A stretch of DNA of 64,000 nucleotides from an uncultured Chloroflexia bacterium (GCA_963813705.1 CAWFAH010000011.1:326341-390340), one strand, 5' to 3'. Positions 52,088-61,664 are shown, numbered from the stretch's first letter. The notes: generated by a model from the sequence alone, not told the origin. A program made the numbers and translations.

Positions 52088-53530
52088 ATGTCCCTCGACT
52101 GGATCTACACGATCGTCTACCTCGCCTGGCTCGGCGGGGCGGCCTGCTTCGTCCTCGGCCTCCACCAGATGAACTCCCCGGCGACGGCCCGGAACGGCAA
52201 CCGCCTCAGCGCGGCGGGGATGACCGTGGCCGTCGGCGCCACGCTGGTCTGGCTGGTCCTCCGGCCGGGCGGGCTCAGCGCGACGTCCTGGGCGATCATC
52301 GTGGTCGGCTTCGCGATCGGTGGCGGGGCCGGGCTGTACATGGCCCGGACCGTGAAGATGACCGCGATGCCCCAGTTGGTGTCGCTGTTCAACGCGGTCG
52401 GCGGCGGGGCCGCGGCGCTGGTCGCGATCGACGACTTCATCCGGCTCACCGGCGAGGGTGCCGCCCCGGTCGACACGACGATCTTCGTCGTCCTCGGGGC
52501 CGTGATCGGCTCGGTCACCTTCACCGGCTCGCTCATCGCCGGCGGCAAGCTGCAGGGCCTGATCGCCGGCAAGCCGATCATGATCCCGGGTGGGCGGATC
52601 GTGACCTTCGCGCTCGCCGCGATCGCGGTCCTCGGGACGGCCGGCCTCATCCTCGGGGCCGCCGGCGCCGTCAGCCTGTCGAGCTCGGCGACCCTGGCGA
52701 TCCTGGCGATCGTCGTCGCCTCGGGGCTCGTCTTCGGGATCACGATGGTCCTGCCGATCGGTGGCGCCGACATGCCGGTCGTGATCAGCCTGCTGAACTC
52801 GTTCACCGGCACGGCCGCGGCGATGGCCGGGTTCGTGATCGGCAACCCGGTGCTGATCATCTCCGGGGCGCTCGTCGGCGCGTCGGGCGGCATCCTCACC
52901 AAGCTCATGGCCGACGCGATGAACCGGTCGGTGCTGAACATCGTCGCCGGCGGGTTCGGCGGCGGCGAGGGCACCCAGGCCGCGGCGACCGGCGCGGGCG
53001 GCTCGGTCCGCGAGATCTCGGCGGACGACGCGGCGATCCAGCTGGCCTACGCCCAGCACGTGATCGTGGTGCCGGGCTACGGCCTGGCCGTCGCCCAGGC
53101 GCAGCACCAGGTACGCGAGCTGGCCGAGCTCCTCGAGGCGCGCGGGGTCGACGTGAAGTACGCGATCCATCCCGTCGCCGGGCGGATGCCCGGCCACATG
53201 AACGTGCTCCTCGCCGAGGCGAATGTCCCGTACCCGCAGCTCAAGGAGATGGACGAGATCAACCCGGAGTTCGACCGCTGCGACGTCGCGCTCGTGGTCG
53301 GGGCGAACGACGTGACGAACCCCGCGGCGCGGCGGCCCGGCACGCCGGTGTCCGGGATGCCCATTCTCGACGTCGACCATGCGAAGTCGATCGTGGTGAT
53401 CAAGCGGTCGATGGGTCGCGGCTACGCCGGGATCGACAACGAGCTGTACACCGATCCCAAGACGGGCATGCTGTTCGCCGACGCGAAGGACGGGCTCCAG
53501 GCGCTGACGGCCGCCGTCAAGGCGGTCTGA
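52088..53530 (+). CDS. pntB: NAD(P) transhydrogenase subunit beta
   Basis: N-terminal TM bundle plus C-terminal dIII: VIVVPGYGLAVAQAQHQVRELAELLEARGVDVKYAIHPVAGRMPGHMNVLLAEANVPY...ALVVGANDVTNPAA. Confidence 0.9.
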   Translation: MSLDWIYTIVYLAWLGGAACFVLGLHQMNSPATARNGNRLSAAGMTVAVGATLVWLVLRPGGLSATSWAIIVVGFAIGGGAGLYMARTVKMTAMPQLVSLFNAVGGGAAALVAIDDFIRLTGEGAAPVDTTIFVVLGAVIGSVTFTGSLIAGGKLQGLIAGKPIMIPGGRIVTFALAAIAVLGTAGLILGAAGAVSLSSSATLAILAIVVASGLVFGITMVLPIGGADMPVVISLLNSFTGTAAAMAGFVIGNPVLIISGALVGASGGILTKLMADAMNRSVLNIVAGGFGGGEGTQAAATGAGGSVREISADDAAIQLAYAQHVIVVPGYGLAVAQAQHQVRELAELLEARGVDVKYAIHPVAGRMPGHMNVLLAEANVPYPQLKEMDEINPEFDRCDVALVVGANDVTNPAARRPGTPVSGMPILDVDHAKSIVVIKRSMGRGYAGIDNELYTDPKTGMLFADAKDGLQALTAAVKAV

Positions 53531-53589
53531 GCCGCAGCCCGAACCAGGCGCGCCCCGGCTGACCGGTCGGGGCACGGGCGGGTGGTGCG

Positions 53590-54612
53590 ATGACGGCCGA
53601 CGTGGCGTTGATCCTGGCCATCGGGATGGCCCTGGCCTTCGCCGTCACGAACGGGTTCCACGATGCTGCAAACGCGATCGCGACCCTCGTCGGCACGCGG
53701 ACCGCGCGGCCGATCCCGGCGGTGGCGATGGCGGCCGCGTTCAACCTGCTCGGTCCCCTGTTCGTCGGCGCCGCGGTCGCGAACACGATCGCCGGGATCG
53801 TCACCGTGCCGCCGGAGCAGTCGGTCGCCGTCATCGGCGCGGGGCTGACCGGCGCCGTCGTCTGGAACACCGTCACCTGGAGGCAGGGGATCCCGTCGAG
53901 CTCGGGCCATGCCCTGGTCGGCGGGCTGGTTGGGGCCGCGCTCCTCGACGACGGGCTCGAGGCGGTCAACTGGGGACCGATCCAGAACGGCCAGCTGGCC
54001 GGGGTGCTGGGCGTCCTGATCGGCTTGTTCCTCGCTTCGTGCCTCGGCTTCGTCGTGGCCCTGGCGCTCGAGCGATTCGCGCTTCGGGCGATGGACCGGG
54101 CGACGATCCGGTTCCGCAGTCCCGTCCGCGGCGCCCAGTGGGTGGCATCGGCAGGGCTGGCGTTCAGCCACGGATCGAACGATGCCCAGAAGGCGGTCGG
54201 GATCATCGCCGCGCTGCTCGTCGCGAGCGGCCATGCAACCAGCCTTACGGCGCCGGTCGGGGTCATCCTCGCCTGCTCGCTCGCCCTCACCGCCGGGACG
54301 GCGCTCGGTGGCTGGTCGATCGTCCGGACGGTCGGGCGGCGGATCTTCCCGTTGCGCAGCCTCGACGGGCTCGTGAGCGAAGCGAGCAGCGCGGTGGTCA
54401 TCCTGGCTGCGTCGATCGCCGGCGCACCCGTGAGCACCACCCAGGTCGTCGCGACGTCGATCGTCGGGATCGGCGTCGGACGACGACGCTGGCGGCATGT
54501 CGGCTGGGGGATCGTCGGCCAGATCGGCGTCACGTGGCTGACGACGATGCCCGCAGCAGGCATCATCGCAGCGATCGCCCTGCCGGTCTGGAAGCTGGTA
54601 CCCGGAGGCTGA
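53590..54612 (+). CDS. Inorganic phosphate transporter, PiT family
   Basis: AFAVTNGFHDAANAIATLV and AFSHGSNDAQKAVGII are the duplicated PiT signatures. Confidence 0.9.
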   Translation: MTADVALILAIGMALAFAVTNGFHDAANAIATLVGTRTARPIPAVAMAAAFNLLGPLFVGAAVANTIAGIVTVPPEQSVAVIGAGLTGAVVWNTVTWRQGIPSSSGHALVGGLVGAALLDDGLEAVNWGPIQNGQLAGVLGVLIGLFLASCLGFVVALALERFALRAMDRATIRFRSPVRGAQWVASAGLAFSHGSNDAQKAVGIIAALLVASGHATSLTAPVGVILACSLALTAGTALGGWSIVRTVGRRIFPLRSLDGLVSEASSAVVILAASIAGAPVSTTQVVATSIVGIGVGRRRWRHVGWGIVGQIGVTWLTTMPAAGIIAAIALPVWKLVPGG

Positions 54613-54614
54613 CC

Positions 54615-55244
54615 ATGGCCCGTCGTTTGAGCTGGTTCCTGCCGGAGAACCCCGACGTCCTCGGGATGCTCCGCAAGCAGGCCGAGATCACCGAGCGCGG
54701 GATGGATGCCCTCAACGCATGGGCCGCCGGCGAGGAGGAGGCCGCCCAGCGGCTGCGCGACGCCGAGCACGAGGCGGATACCCAGAAGCGCGCCCTCCGG
54801 ATCGCCCTGAAGTCGGCGTTCATCACCCCGATCGGAGCGGAGGACATCTTCGTGATGTCGGGCCGGCTCGACGCCGTGCTCAACGGCGCCAAGGACGCCG
54901 TCCGCGAGTCGGAGATCATGGCGATGGCGCCCGACGAGGCGGTGGTCGCGATGTGCGGGTTCCTGAACGAGGGCGTCCACCTCCTCGCGCGCGCGTTCGC
55001 CCACATCGCCGGCGACTCGGATGACGATGGGGAGACCGAGGCGACCGATGCCGCGGACGCCGCGGTCAAGGCGCAGCGCCAGGTCGAGCGGGTCTATCGC
55101 CGAGCGATGTCGTCGCTCCTCGAGGTCGAGGACCTGCGCGCCGTGATGGGCCGTCGCGAGCTGTACCGGCGCTTCTCCCGGATCAGCGACGACGTCACCG
55201 AGGTGGCCGAACGCGTCTGGTACGCAGCCGTGAAGGAGGCCTGA
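54615..55244 (+). CDS. DUF47/PhoU-like phosphate transport regulator
   Basis: ATG at 54615 with GGAGG upstream. FLPENPDVLGMLRKQAEITERGMDALNAW...EHEADTQKRALRIALKSAFITPIGAEDIF... is typical of the PiT-associated DUF47 family. Confidence 0.8.
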   Translation: MARRLSWFLPENPDVLGMLRKQAEITERGMDALNAWAAGEEEAAQRLRDAEHEADTQKRALRIALKSAFITPIGAEDIFVMSGRLDAVLNGAKDAVRESEIMAMAPDEAVVAMCGFLNEGVHLLARAFAHIAGDSDDDGETEATDAADAAVKAQRQVERVYRRAMSSLLEVEDLRAVMGRRELYRRFSRISDDVTEVAERVWYAAVKEA

Positions 55245-55328
55245 CGGGCGGTCCATCGAGCGGACCCGAGCGACGACTGGCCGCTCGGCGCCTGGCCGGC
55301 CCGACCCCGCCCGACGTGGGCGGTGGCA

Positions 55329-57035
55329 TCAGCCCTTGCCGTGCTTCTTCTTCCGCTTGCCCGGCTTGCCGTCGCGCGCCGCGGCGATCTCGGCGAGTGG
55401 CGCGATCGGAGCGTCCGGCGGCGCCGGCGGATAGGGCGTCACCGTCACGTGCTGGACCGGGGTCGCGGCCCGCGCCACGGCCGGTTGCGAGGCCGCCAGG
55501 ATGGCCGCCTGGGTCGCCGGATCGAGCGTCATGGCGGAGGTGGTGGTCGCCGGATCGAGGACGGCGATCCCCGAGACGAGCGGCGTCGCCGACGGCGCGG
55601 ATCGCGCCATCGCGGCGCCGTTGAGGCCGGGCTCGGCGAGTGCCACGGTCGGCCCGCCGGGCGCGGGGTGCGCGCCACCCGGCGTGATCGTCTGCGGCGC
55701 AGGCGGGGCTGCCGCGGGGCTCGGGGCCGGAGGCGCCGCCGGTGACGGTGAGGCCGGCGACGTTGACGCCTCCGAGCCCGACGACGCTGGGTGGGGCGCC
55801 GACGGAGACGGTCCGGAACCGACCGCCTCGACGGCGGCCGTCGCTGCGGCGATCGACACGATCCGGTCCGTCGCCGGCGGAGGCGCCGGCTCCGCGGCCG
55901 GCCGGGCCCCGCTCCGGCCCGTCTCGATCTCCATCGCCGGGGCCGGGGCGCCCGTTCCGTCGTCGTGGCGCAGGACGAGCGGCGCGAGCGTCCCGAGCGA
56001 CTCAGCCACCACGACTGCGTCATCACCGTGCTCGATCCGGAAGTCGGATGGCGGGTTCACGAACGCCTTCCCGCCGCGGTTGATCGACAGCAGCGTCGCC
56101 CGGTGGTCCGCCCGCAACCGGGCGCTCACCTCGTCGACAGACAGGTCCAAGTACTCGTCCGGGATCTGGACCCGGTAGAGCTCGGACCCCTCGCCGCCCG
56201 AGACGATGTCGGACACGAGCTCGGTCAGGCCGGGGTAGAGCGCCGACCGGGCCAGCAGCCGGGCCCCGACCTGCGACGAGACCAGCAGCTCGTTGACCCT
56301 GGCCCGCCGGAAGTGGTCGGCATGGCGCGGGTTGTTGACCTCGACGACGGTGCGGACCTGGGGGGCCATCGACTCGATCGCGATGACGGTCAGGATCGAG
56401 CGCATGTCGGCGTCGTTCGAGTCGTCGACCGGGAAGATGAGAGCCGCCAGGGCGTGGGCGATCCCGGCCCGCTCGAGGTCGTCCGGCTCGGTCGGGTCGC
56501 CCTTGACGAAGTAGACCCCGTCCCCGGCCGGGTTCTTGTCGACCGGCGCCACGACCACGATCTTGACCTTGTAGGCATCCGACTTGAGCTCCTGGATCAG
56601 GTCGCGGGCGGTCGTGTTCCAGCCGCAGACCACGACGTGATCGGTGTACCCCGAAGCGCCCATCCCCTGGCCCTCCTTGAGCAGGAAATCGATGACGATG
56701 GCGATGAGCGCCCCGGTGATCGTCCCGAAGAGCGCCACCCCGAACAGAATCAACAGCCAGCTGATCACCCAGCCGGCCGGCGAGGTGATATACGACGGGT
56801 CGCCCTGACCGAGGACGGTCGTGAGGCCCCAGTAGAACGACGTCCCGAAGGCGCCGAGGGTCCAGCTCTTCTCGAGCAGGGTGATGAGCGCCGCCGCGAT
56901 GAGGACGATGATCAGGATCCCCTCGATCAGCGTCACGAAGAATCGCCGATCGAGCTGTCCGCGCGCGCGACGCGCGTAGAACTGGATCCGCCGGATGAGC
57001 GGGGACTCGAACAGGTGCGAGAAGCGCCGGCGCAT
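55329..57035 (-). CDS. Two-TM ion channel with RCK (TrkA-N/TrkA-C) domain and ~200-aa Ala/Pro-rich C-terminal tail
   Basis: Pore region FGTSFYWGLTTVLGQGDPS (variant of TVGYGD). RCK HVVVCGWNTTARDLIQELK. The tail is APAPAMEIE...APPAPSPAAAPPAPQ...KPGKRKKKHGKG. Confidence 0.8.
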   Translation of the reverse strand: MRRRFSHLFESPLIRRIQFYARRARGQLDRRFFVTLIEGILIIVLIAAALITLLEKSWTLGAFGTSFYWGLTTVLGQGDPSYITSPAGWVISWLLILFGVALFGTITGALIAIVIDFLLKEGQGMGASGYTDHVVVCGWNTTARDLIQELKSDAYKVKIVVVAPVDKNPAGDGVYFVKGDPTEPDDLERAGIAHALAALIFPVDDSNDADMRSILTVIAIESMAPQVRTVVEVNNPRHADHFRRARVNELLVSSQVGARLLARSALYPGLTELVSDIVSGGEGSELYRVQIPDEYLDLSVDEVSARLRADHRATLLSINRGGKAFVNPPSDFRIEHGDDAVVVAESLGTLAPLVLRHDDGTGAPAPAMEIETGRSGARPAAEPAPPPATDRIVSIAAATAAVEAVGSGPSPSAPHPASSGSEASTSPASPSPAAPPAPSPAAAPPAPQTITPGGAHPAPGGPTVALAEPGLNGAAMARSAPSATPLVSGIAVLDPATTTSAMTLDPATQAAILAASQPAVARAATPVQHVTVTPYPPAPPDAPIAPLAEIAAARDGKPGKRKKKHGKG

Positions 57036-57216
57036 CAGGACGCCGAGTCTAATCGCTTCGTCACGTCACCTGAAATGGCCCGGACCGCACCGCACCGCCC
57101 AGCCATGGGTCCATCCCGCGCCGGCCGGGCATGCGACCTCCGGTCGACGACGCTGAGACACGATGGGGTGGCGGGGCGGCCTTATGAGCCGGGGCGCCCC
57201 GCTCCCGCTTCGGTCA

Positions 57217-57963
57217 CTAGGCGTCGACGAGCTCGATCCGGATCCGCTTGTTGATCCGGCCCTTCGACTCGTAGCCGGTCACCCGGATCCCGCCGACCTC
57301 GCGGGTGTTGCCGACGTGGGTGCCGCCGTCCGCCTGGAGGTCGAGCCCGACGATCTCGATCGTCCGGATCTCGTCGATCCCGGGCGGCAGGAGGTTGATC
57401 TTGGTCCGGATGAGATCGGGGATGGCGAACGCCTCGTTGCGGGGGAGGACGTTGACCCGGACGTCGCGGCCGACGGCAAGCTCGGCGTTGACGGTCGCCT
57501 CGATCTCGCCCACGAGCTCGGCGCCCATCCGCTCGAACTCGAAGTCCATCCGGCCCGCACCGGGCTCCATGTTCCCGCCGGTCACCTGGGCCCCGTAGTC
57601 GCGCCAGACCACGCCGCACAGGGCGTGGAGCGCGGTGTGGGTCCGCATCAGCGCATGGCGGCGCGCCCAGTCGAGGTCGACGGTCAGCCGGTCGCCGGCC
57701 TGCGGGTCGCCGGCCGCGCCCGGCTCGAGCTCGTGGACGATGTCCGACCCGTCCTTGCGCGCCGAGCGGACGGACCAGCTGCGGCCGTCGGCGGACCGGA
57801 GGAGGACGCCGCGGTCCGCGGGCTGGCCGCCGCCGCCCGGGTAGAAGACCGTGCGATCGAGCACGACCAGCGCGCCACCGTCGCCGCTCCCCGGCTTGAC
57901 GTCGCGGACGATTGCCTCGACCGAGCGCAGGTACGCGTCGCGGTAGCAGATCGCGTCGGTCAT
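57217..57963 (-). CDS. AlaX-type alanyl-tRNA editing protein (trans-editing deacylase)
   Basis: TVFYPGGGGQPADRG, RTHTALHAL (HxxxH), LQADGGTHV. Confidence 0.85.
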   Translation of the reverse strand: MTDAICYRDAYLRSVEAIVRDVKPGSGDGGALVVLDRTVFYPGGGGQPADRGVLLRSADGRSWSVRSARKDGSDIVHELEPGAAGDPQAGDRLTVDLDWARRHALMRTHTALHALCGVVWRDYGAQVTGGNMEPGAGRMDFEFERMGAELVGEIEATVNAELAVGRDVRVNVLPRNEAFAIPDLIRTKINLLPPGIDEIRTIEIVGLDLQADGGTHVGNTREVGGIRVTGYESKGRINKRIRIELVDA

Positions 57964-57982
57964 CGGACGCCCACCCGGTGCC

Positions 57983-58498
57983 CTACTGGACCGTGAGGTC
58001 CCCGGTCATGTTGGGATGCCACTTGCAGCTGAACTTGTAGGCACCCGCGGCGAGCGCCGGGACGTTATAGGTGGTCTGTCCCGGACCGGTGACGGTGTCG
58101 CCCTCGAACACGTTGGCGCCCGAGCTATCAGCGATCTGGATGTTGTGCGGGATGCCGGAGTCCTGGTTGTCGAAGGTGATCTGGAACGCCTGGTTGGCCG
58201 GCGCCTGGAAGGTCGTCGTCGCGTAGGCGACGCCGCTCGCGACCTCGGCCAGGACGGTCCCGCCGCCGCCGGTCCCGCCGGAGCCACCGGACGGGGCGGC
58301 CGACGGCGCGCCTGAGGCGGCTGCCGCGCTCGGTGCGGCCGAGCCCGCCGCACCGCTCGCCGCCACCGAGGGTGCGACGGTCGGCGACGGCGTGGGCGCG
58401 AAGGTCCAGCCGGGGGCCTCGCCGGTCGAGCAGGCCGCGAGCAGGATCACGAGGAGGCCGGCGAGGGCCAGCGCTGGGACGAAACGAGCCGGAAGCAT
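57983..58498 (-). CDS. Cupredoxin (amicyanin/plastocyanin-like blue copper) lipoprotein
   Basis: Signal plus lipobox LLVILLAAC. Ala/Ser/Gly linker. Ligand pattern GIPHNIQ...FSCKWHPNM (C-x2-H-x2-M as in amicyanin). Confidence 0.8.
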   Translation of the reverse strand: MLPARFVPALALAGLLVILLAACSTGEAPGWTFAPTPSPTVAPSVAASGAAGSAAPSAAAASGAPSAAPSGGSGGTGGGGTVLAEVASGVAYATTTFQAPANQAFQITFDNQDSGIPHNIQIADSSGANVFEGDTVTGPGQTTYNVPALAAGAYKFSCKWHPNMTGDLTVQ

Positions 58499-58779
58499 GG
58501 TCGGACAGGGACCTCGATCATTCGGTGGGCAGGACGCCGGGACAGGACGCGTTGCTCACCTCGAGTCTAGCGTCCGGCCGCCGATCCCGCCTTGCGCGGA
58601 CGGACCGCGCAGTCCGAACGGGCGGTCCCGGACTGGTACTTCCGGGCCATGACCCGATGCACCACCCCGTACCTTCGTCAGGGTTCTCGGATGGCCCGGA
58701 TGGCCGCTAGCCTCAAGGTCCGATCGAGCGAACCGGCCCCGATCGGTCGACGACCCGGCCGGCAGACCAGGAGACCCAC

Positions 58780-58878
58780 ATGGCTCGGTTGCAGCAGCGG
58801 ATGTGGCGGATCGGCGTGGTGCTTGCCCCGCTGATGGCCCTCGCGCTCAGCCTCGAAGCCGGTCGCCGCTGGGTCTGA
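58780..58878 (+). CDS. Possible 32-aa membrane peptide (speculative)
   Basis: AGGAG lies 7 nt upstream of the ATG at 58780. MARLQQRMWRIGVVLAPLMALALSLEAGRRWV. Too short for independent support. Confidence 0.2.
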   Translation: MARLQQRMWRIGVVLAPLMALALSLEAGRRWV

Positions 58879-59072
58879 CCCAGCTCCGGCGGCCGCGCCG
58901 CCGGCACCAGACCGACCCGGAGACGTGACGGAGCCCATCCGTCGCGCCAGACGGGGAACCCATAAGCATGAGACCCGGACCGACCCTCCTCCGTCCGGGT
59001 CTCCTGCTGTCCCGCTCCGAGCCGGTCCGGCACGACGTCCCGCCGGGCCGCCAGAACGGTCCCTGAAGACGG

Positions 59073-59092
59073 TCGCAACCTGATCGCAACCT
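59073..59092 (+). promoter_or_regulatory. Direct repeat TCGCAACCT x2 (11-bp register) upstream of the GAF kinase gene, overlapping a possible -35 (TTGTTT) with TAGGCT at 59113-59118
   Basis: TCGCAACCT at 59073-59081 and at 59084-59092. The spacing equals one helical turn. Confidence 0.3.
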
Positions 59093-59121
59093 TGTTTCGG
59101 CACCTTCGTCCCTAGGCTTGT

Positions 59122-60423
59122 ATGGTGTCGACCATGGCCGCACCCGTCCGCACCCGCAGCGCTCCACCCGGCGATCGTCCGGCGGCCGAACGCCAGCTCG
59201 ACCAGCTGCGCTTCCTCCACCGCGTCGCCAAGCTGGTGACGACGGCGCGTACCTGGGACGAGCTGCTCGAGACGATCGTCGACGAGACCCGGGACGCTCT
59301 CCACGGCGACGTGTCGTCGCTCTACCTGCTCGATCGCGACGGCATCCACCTCACCCTGGCCGCAACGAACGGACTGGATCGCTACCAGATCGGTCGCGCG
59401 CGAGTGCCCTTCGGCGAGGGGGTGACCGGCCGGGTCGCCGCGGCGCGCCAACCGATGCGGATCGCGGACGTCCGCCACGATCCGCGCTTCCTGTGGGTCC
59501 GCGGCATCGACCAGCGCCGGTTCATCGCGTCGATGCTGTCGGTCCCGCTGTCGTGGCACGAGGCGGTGGTCGGGGTGCTCAACATCCAGACCGAGGAGAC
59601 CCGCGAGTTCAGCGACTCGGACGTGGCCCAGCTGTCGGCGATCGCCGACCTCCTCGCCGGGATCGTCGAGAAAGGCCGGACGCAGCGCGAGGCCGAGGCG
59701 CAGGTCGAAGCGTTGAAGGCGCTCGACGAGGCGCGCAGCGAGCTCATCGCCATGGTCACCCACGAGCTGCGCACGCCGCTCGCGGTCGTCCGCGCGTACA
59801 CCGACCTGCTGTCCGAGGAGCCGCCGCTCATCGGGCGCGAGAGCCGCGACATGCTCCGCCGCCGGACGCGCGACGAGTGGCACAACCGGGCGATCGACCA
59901 GATCGATCGGCTCGACCGGCTGGTCGACTCGATCCTGGCCTCGGTCCGGCCGCTCGAGGACCTGCCCTCCGACGTGGTCCCGGTCGACGTGCCGGGGCTG
60001 CTCGACGAGGTCGTCGGCGGGCTCCGGCCGCTCCTGCGCAACCACCTGGTGGTGGTCGACCCCGGGATCCGACGGTTCGCCCTGGCCGACCCGCCGAGGC
60101 TGCGCCAGATCGTCGAGCACCTCGTCGAGAACGCGGTCAAGTACGCCCCGCCGGGGACGACGATCAGCGTCGGCGCGTCGCTCCACGAGGGCTTCGTCCG
60201 GATCGCCGTCTCCGACGAGGGTCCCGGGATCCCGGCCGAATGGCGGGAGCGGATCTTCGAGCCCTACGCCAGGCGCGACACGCACACCGCCCGCGGGTCG
60301 GGGATCGGGCTGTTCGCCGCCAAGCGGCTGGCAGAGTCGATGCACGGCCACCTGTGGTGCGAGCCGGCCGAGCCGGCCGGAGCGCGCTTCGTGATCGCGC
60401 TGCCCGCAGCCGTCGCGGTCTGA
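59122..60423 (+). CDS. Soluble GAF-domain sensor histidine kinase
   Basis: GAF-like N-terminus (LLETIVDETRDALHGDVSSLYLLD...GEGVTGRVAAARQPMRIADV...SMLSVPL). H-box VTHELRTPLAVV, N-box LVENAVKYAPPGT, DEGPGIP, GSGIGLFAA. The start is 59122 or 59134. Confidence 0.9.
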   Translation: MVSTMAAPVRTRSAPPGDRPAAERQLDQLRFLHRVAKLVTTARTWDELLETIVDETRDALHGDVSSLYLLDRDGIHLTLAATNGLDRYQIGRARVPFGEGVTGRVAAARQPMRIADVRHDPRFLWVRGIDQRRFIASMLSVPLSWHEAVVGVLNIQTEETREFSDSDVAQLSAIADLLAGIVEKGRTQREAEAQVEALKALDEARSELIAMVTHELRTPLAVVRAYTDLLSEEPPLIGRESRDMLRRRTRDEWHNRAIDQIDRLDRLVDSILASVRPLEDLPSDVVPVDVPGLLDEVVGGLRPLLRNHLVVVDPGIRRFALADPPRLRQIVEHLVENAVKYAPPGTTISVGASLHEGFVRIAVSDEGPGIPAEWRERIFEPYARRDTHTARGSGIGLFAAKRLAESMHGHLWCEPAEPAGARFVIALPAAVAV

Positions 60424-60434
60424 GGAGGTTCGCC

Positions 60435-61133
60435 ATGCCAACGACGCGGCCGCTGCGCATCCTGGTCGTCGACGACGACCCGGCGATGGTCGGCGCGATC
60501 ACCGCGCTCGTCGGCACCGAGGGCCACCAGGTGATCACCGCCTACGACGGCCTGACCGCTGTGAGGCGGTTCCGCGACGACGCGCCGGACCTCGTGCTCC
60601 TCGATCTCGCGATGCCGGGCCCCGACGGGTTCAACGTCACCGGCCAGATCCGTGCCGCGGGCAACGTGCCGATCCTCGTCGTGTCGGGCGAGAGCGGCGA
60701 GGGGGCCAAGGTCAAGGCGCTCGAGATCGGTGCCGACGACTACCTGACGAAGCCATTCGGAAAGGCCGAGCTGCTGGCCCGGATCGCCGCGATCATGCGC
60801 CGGGCCGACGCCGCGGCGGGTGCCACCGGGACGGGCGCCGGCCCGCTCGAGGCGGGCCCGCTCACGATCGACCCCGGACGCCACGAAGCGCGGATCGGCT
60901 CGGTCGTCCTGAACCTGACTGCGACCGAGTACCGCCTGCTCGAGGTCCTCGTCCGCGCGGGCGGCGACGTCGTGCCCCACCAGCGGCTCGTCCGGGCCGG
61001 CTGGCCGGCCGAGGCCGACCCCGACCTGCTGTGGCTCAAGCCACACGTCGCCCGGCTCCGGGCCAAGGTCCACCGCGCCGGCGGCCCGGCGATCGTGGCC
61101 GTCCGCTCGGTCGGCTATCGCATCGAGGCCTGA
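60435..61133 (+). CDS. OmpR/PhoB-family response regulator
   Basis: GAGGAGG upstream of the ATG at 60435. LRILVVDDDPAMVGAITALV...LVLLDLAMPGPDGFNV. Winged-helix LTATEYRLLEVLVRAGGDVVPHQRLV...VGYRIE. Confidence 0.9.
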   Translation: MPTTRPLRILVVDDDPAMVGAITALVGTEGHQVITAYDGLTAVRRFRDDAPDLVLLDLAMPGPDGFNVTGQIRAAGNVPILVVSGESGEGAKVKALEIGADDYLTKPFGKAELLARIAAIMRRADAAAGATGTGAGPLEAGPLTIDPGRHEARIGSVVLNLTATEYRLLEVLVRAGGDVVPHQRLVRAGWPAEADPDLLWLKPHVARLRAKVHRAGGPAIVAVRSVGYRIEA

Positions 61134-61140
61134 GACAGCA

Positions 61141-61172
61141 CGAAGGGGCGCCATGCGCGTAGCGCCCCTTCG
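61141..61172. terminator. Hairpin CGAAGGGGCGC-(10 nt)-GCGCCCCTTCG between convergent genes
   Basis: 11-bp perfect stem, 8 nt after the RR stop. Confidence 0.6.
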
Positions 61173-61228
61173 AACGTGGCCGGCCGGCTCGGCTGCCGGC
61201 GCAGGCCGACCGGCCCTGCGGCGTCGGG

Positions 61229-61465
61229 TCAGGCAGGGATCCCGATCAGCGGCCGCCCCGAGGCATCGTGCTCGAGGTCGACGCAGGCCACCCGGCAACC
61301 GCGCGCATCGCGTCCGCCGAGCGGCGAGAAATGGAACCAGCGGGCCGGCGCGGCGGCGTCATCGGGTGCCAGGCGGCAGCCGCAGGCGGCACAGGTCACC
61401 GGGCCGCCGGCGGCCGTCGAGCCGAGACGCGGCCAGGCGGGCTGGGGTTGGGTCGGGTGGATCAT
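61229..61465 (-). CDS. Hypothetical small Cys-containing protein (78 aa)
   Basis: ATG at 61465 within ORF 61229..62062. MIHPTQPQPAWPRLGSTAAGGPVTCAACGCRLAPDD...GCRVACVDLEHD (CxxC...CxxxC, possibly a zinc ribbon). Weak support. Confidence 0.4.
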   Translation of the reverse strand: MIHPTQPQPAWPRLGSTAAGGPVTCAACGCRLAPDDAAAPARWFHFSPLGGRDARGCRVACVDLEHDASGRPLIGIPA

Positions 61466-61610
61466 GGCGGGCCTCTCGGATCGACGGCTGGGGTTGGCTC
61501 GGGACGACCGCGGCGTCGGGACGAACTCCGGGCAGCGTGGTGATCCTCGCCCGTCGACCGTCCGGCGTCGGCACCGGACGCGTCGCGGTTCGGTTGCGAA
61601 CCGGTACGAC

Positions 61611-61641
61611 GAGGCGGGCGTCCGATCCGGACGCCCGCCTC
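61611..61641. terminator. Hairpin GAGGCGGGCGTCC-GATCC-GGACGCCCGCCTC downstream of the TIGR03118-like gene
   Basis: 13-bp perfect stem, 24 nt after the stop at 61665. Confidence 0.55.
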
Positions 61642-61664
61642 GGGAACCCCAGGAACGGTCAGGC

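Noticed and set aside
51563-53575. 670-aa minus-strand ORF, plus the 610-aa plus-strand ORF 51730..53562
   Set aside because: They overlap pntAB/pntB in the wrong strand or frame. The pntB frame (52088..53530) carries the unmistakable dIII NADP-binding sequence.
55329-55950. Ala/Pro-rich 3' third of the channel gene as a separate gene or as non-coding
   Set aside because: It is continuous in frame with the RCK domain, with no internal start/SD context. The overlapping ORFs in other frames are equally low-complexity. It is kept as a C-terminal tail.
58678-60441. 587-aa minus-strand ORF
   Set aside because: It is antisense to the GAF histidine kinase and has no motifs.
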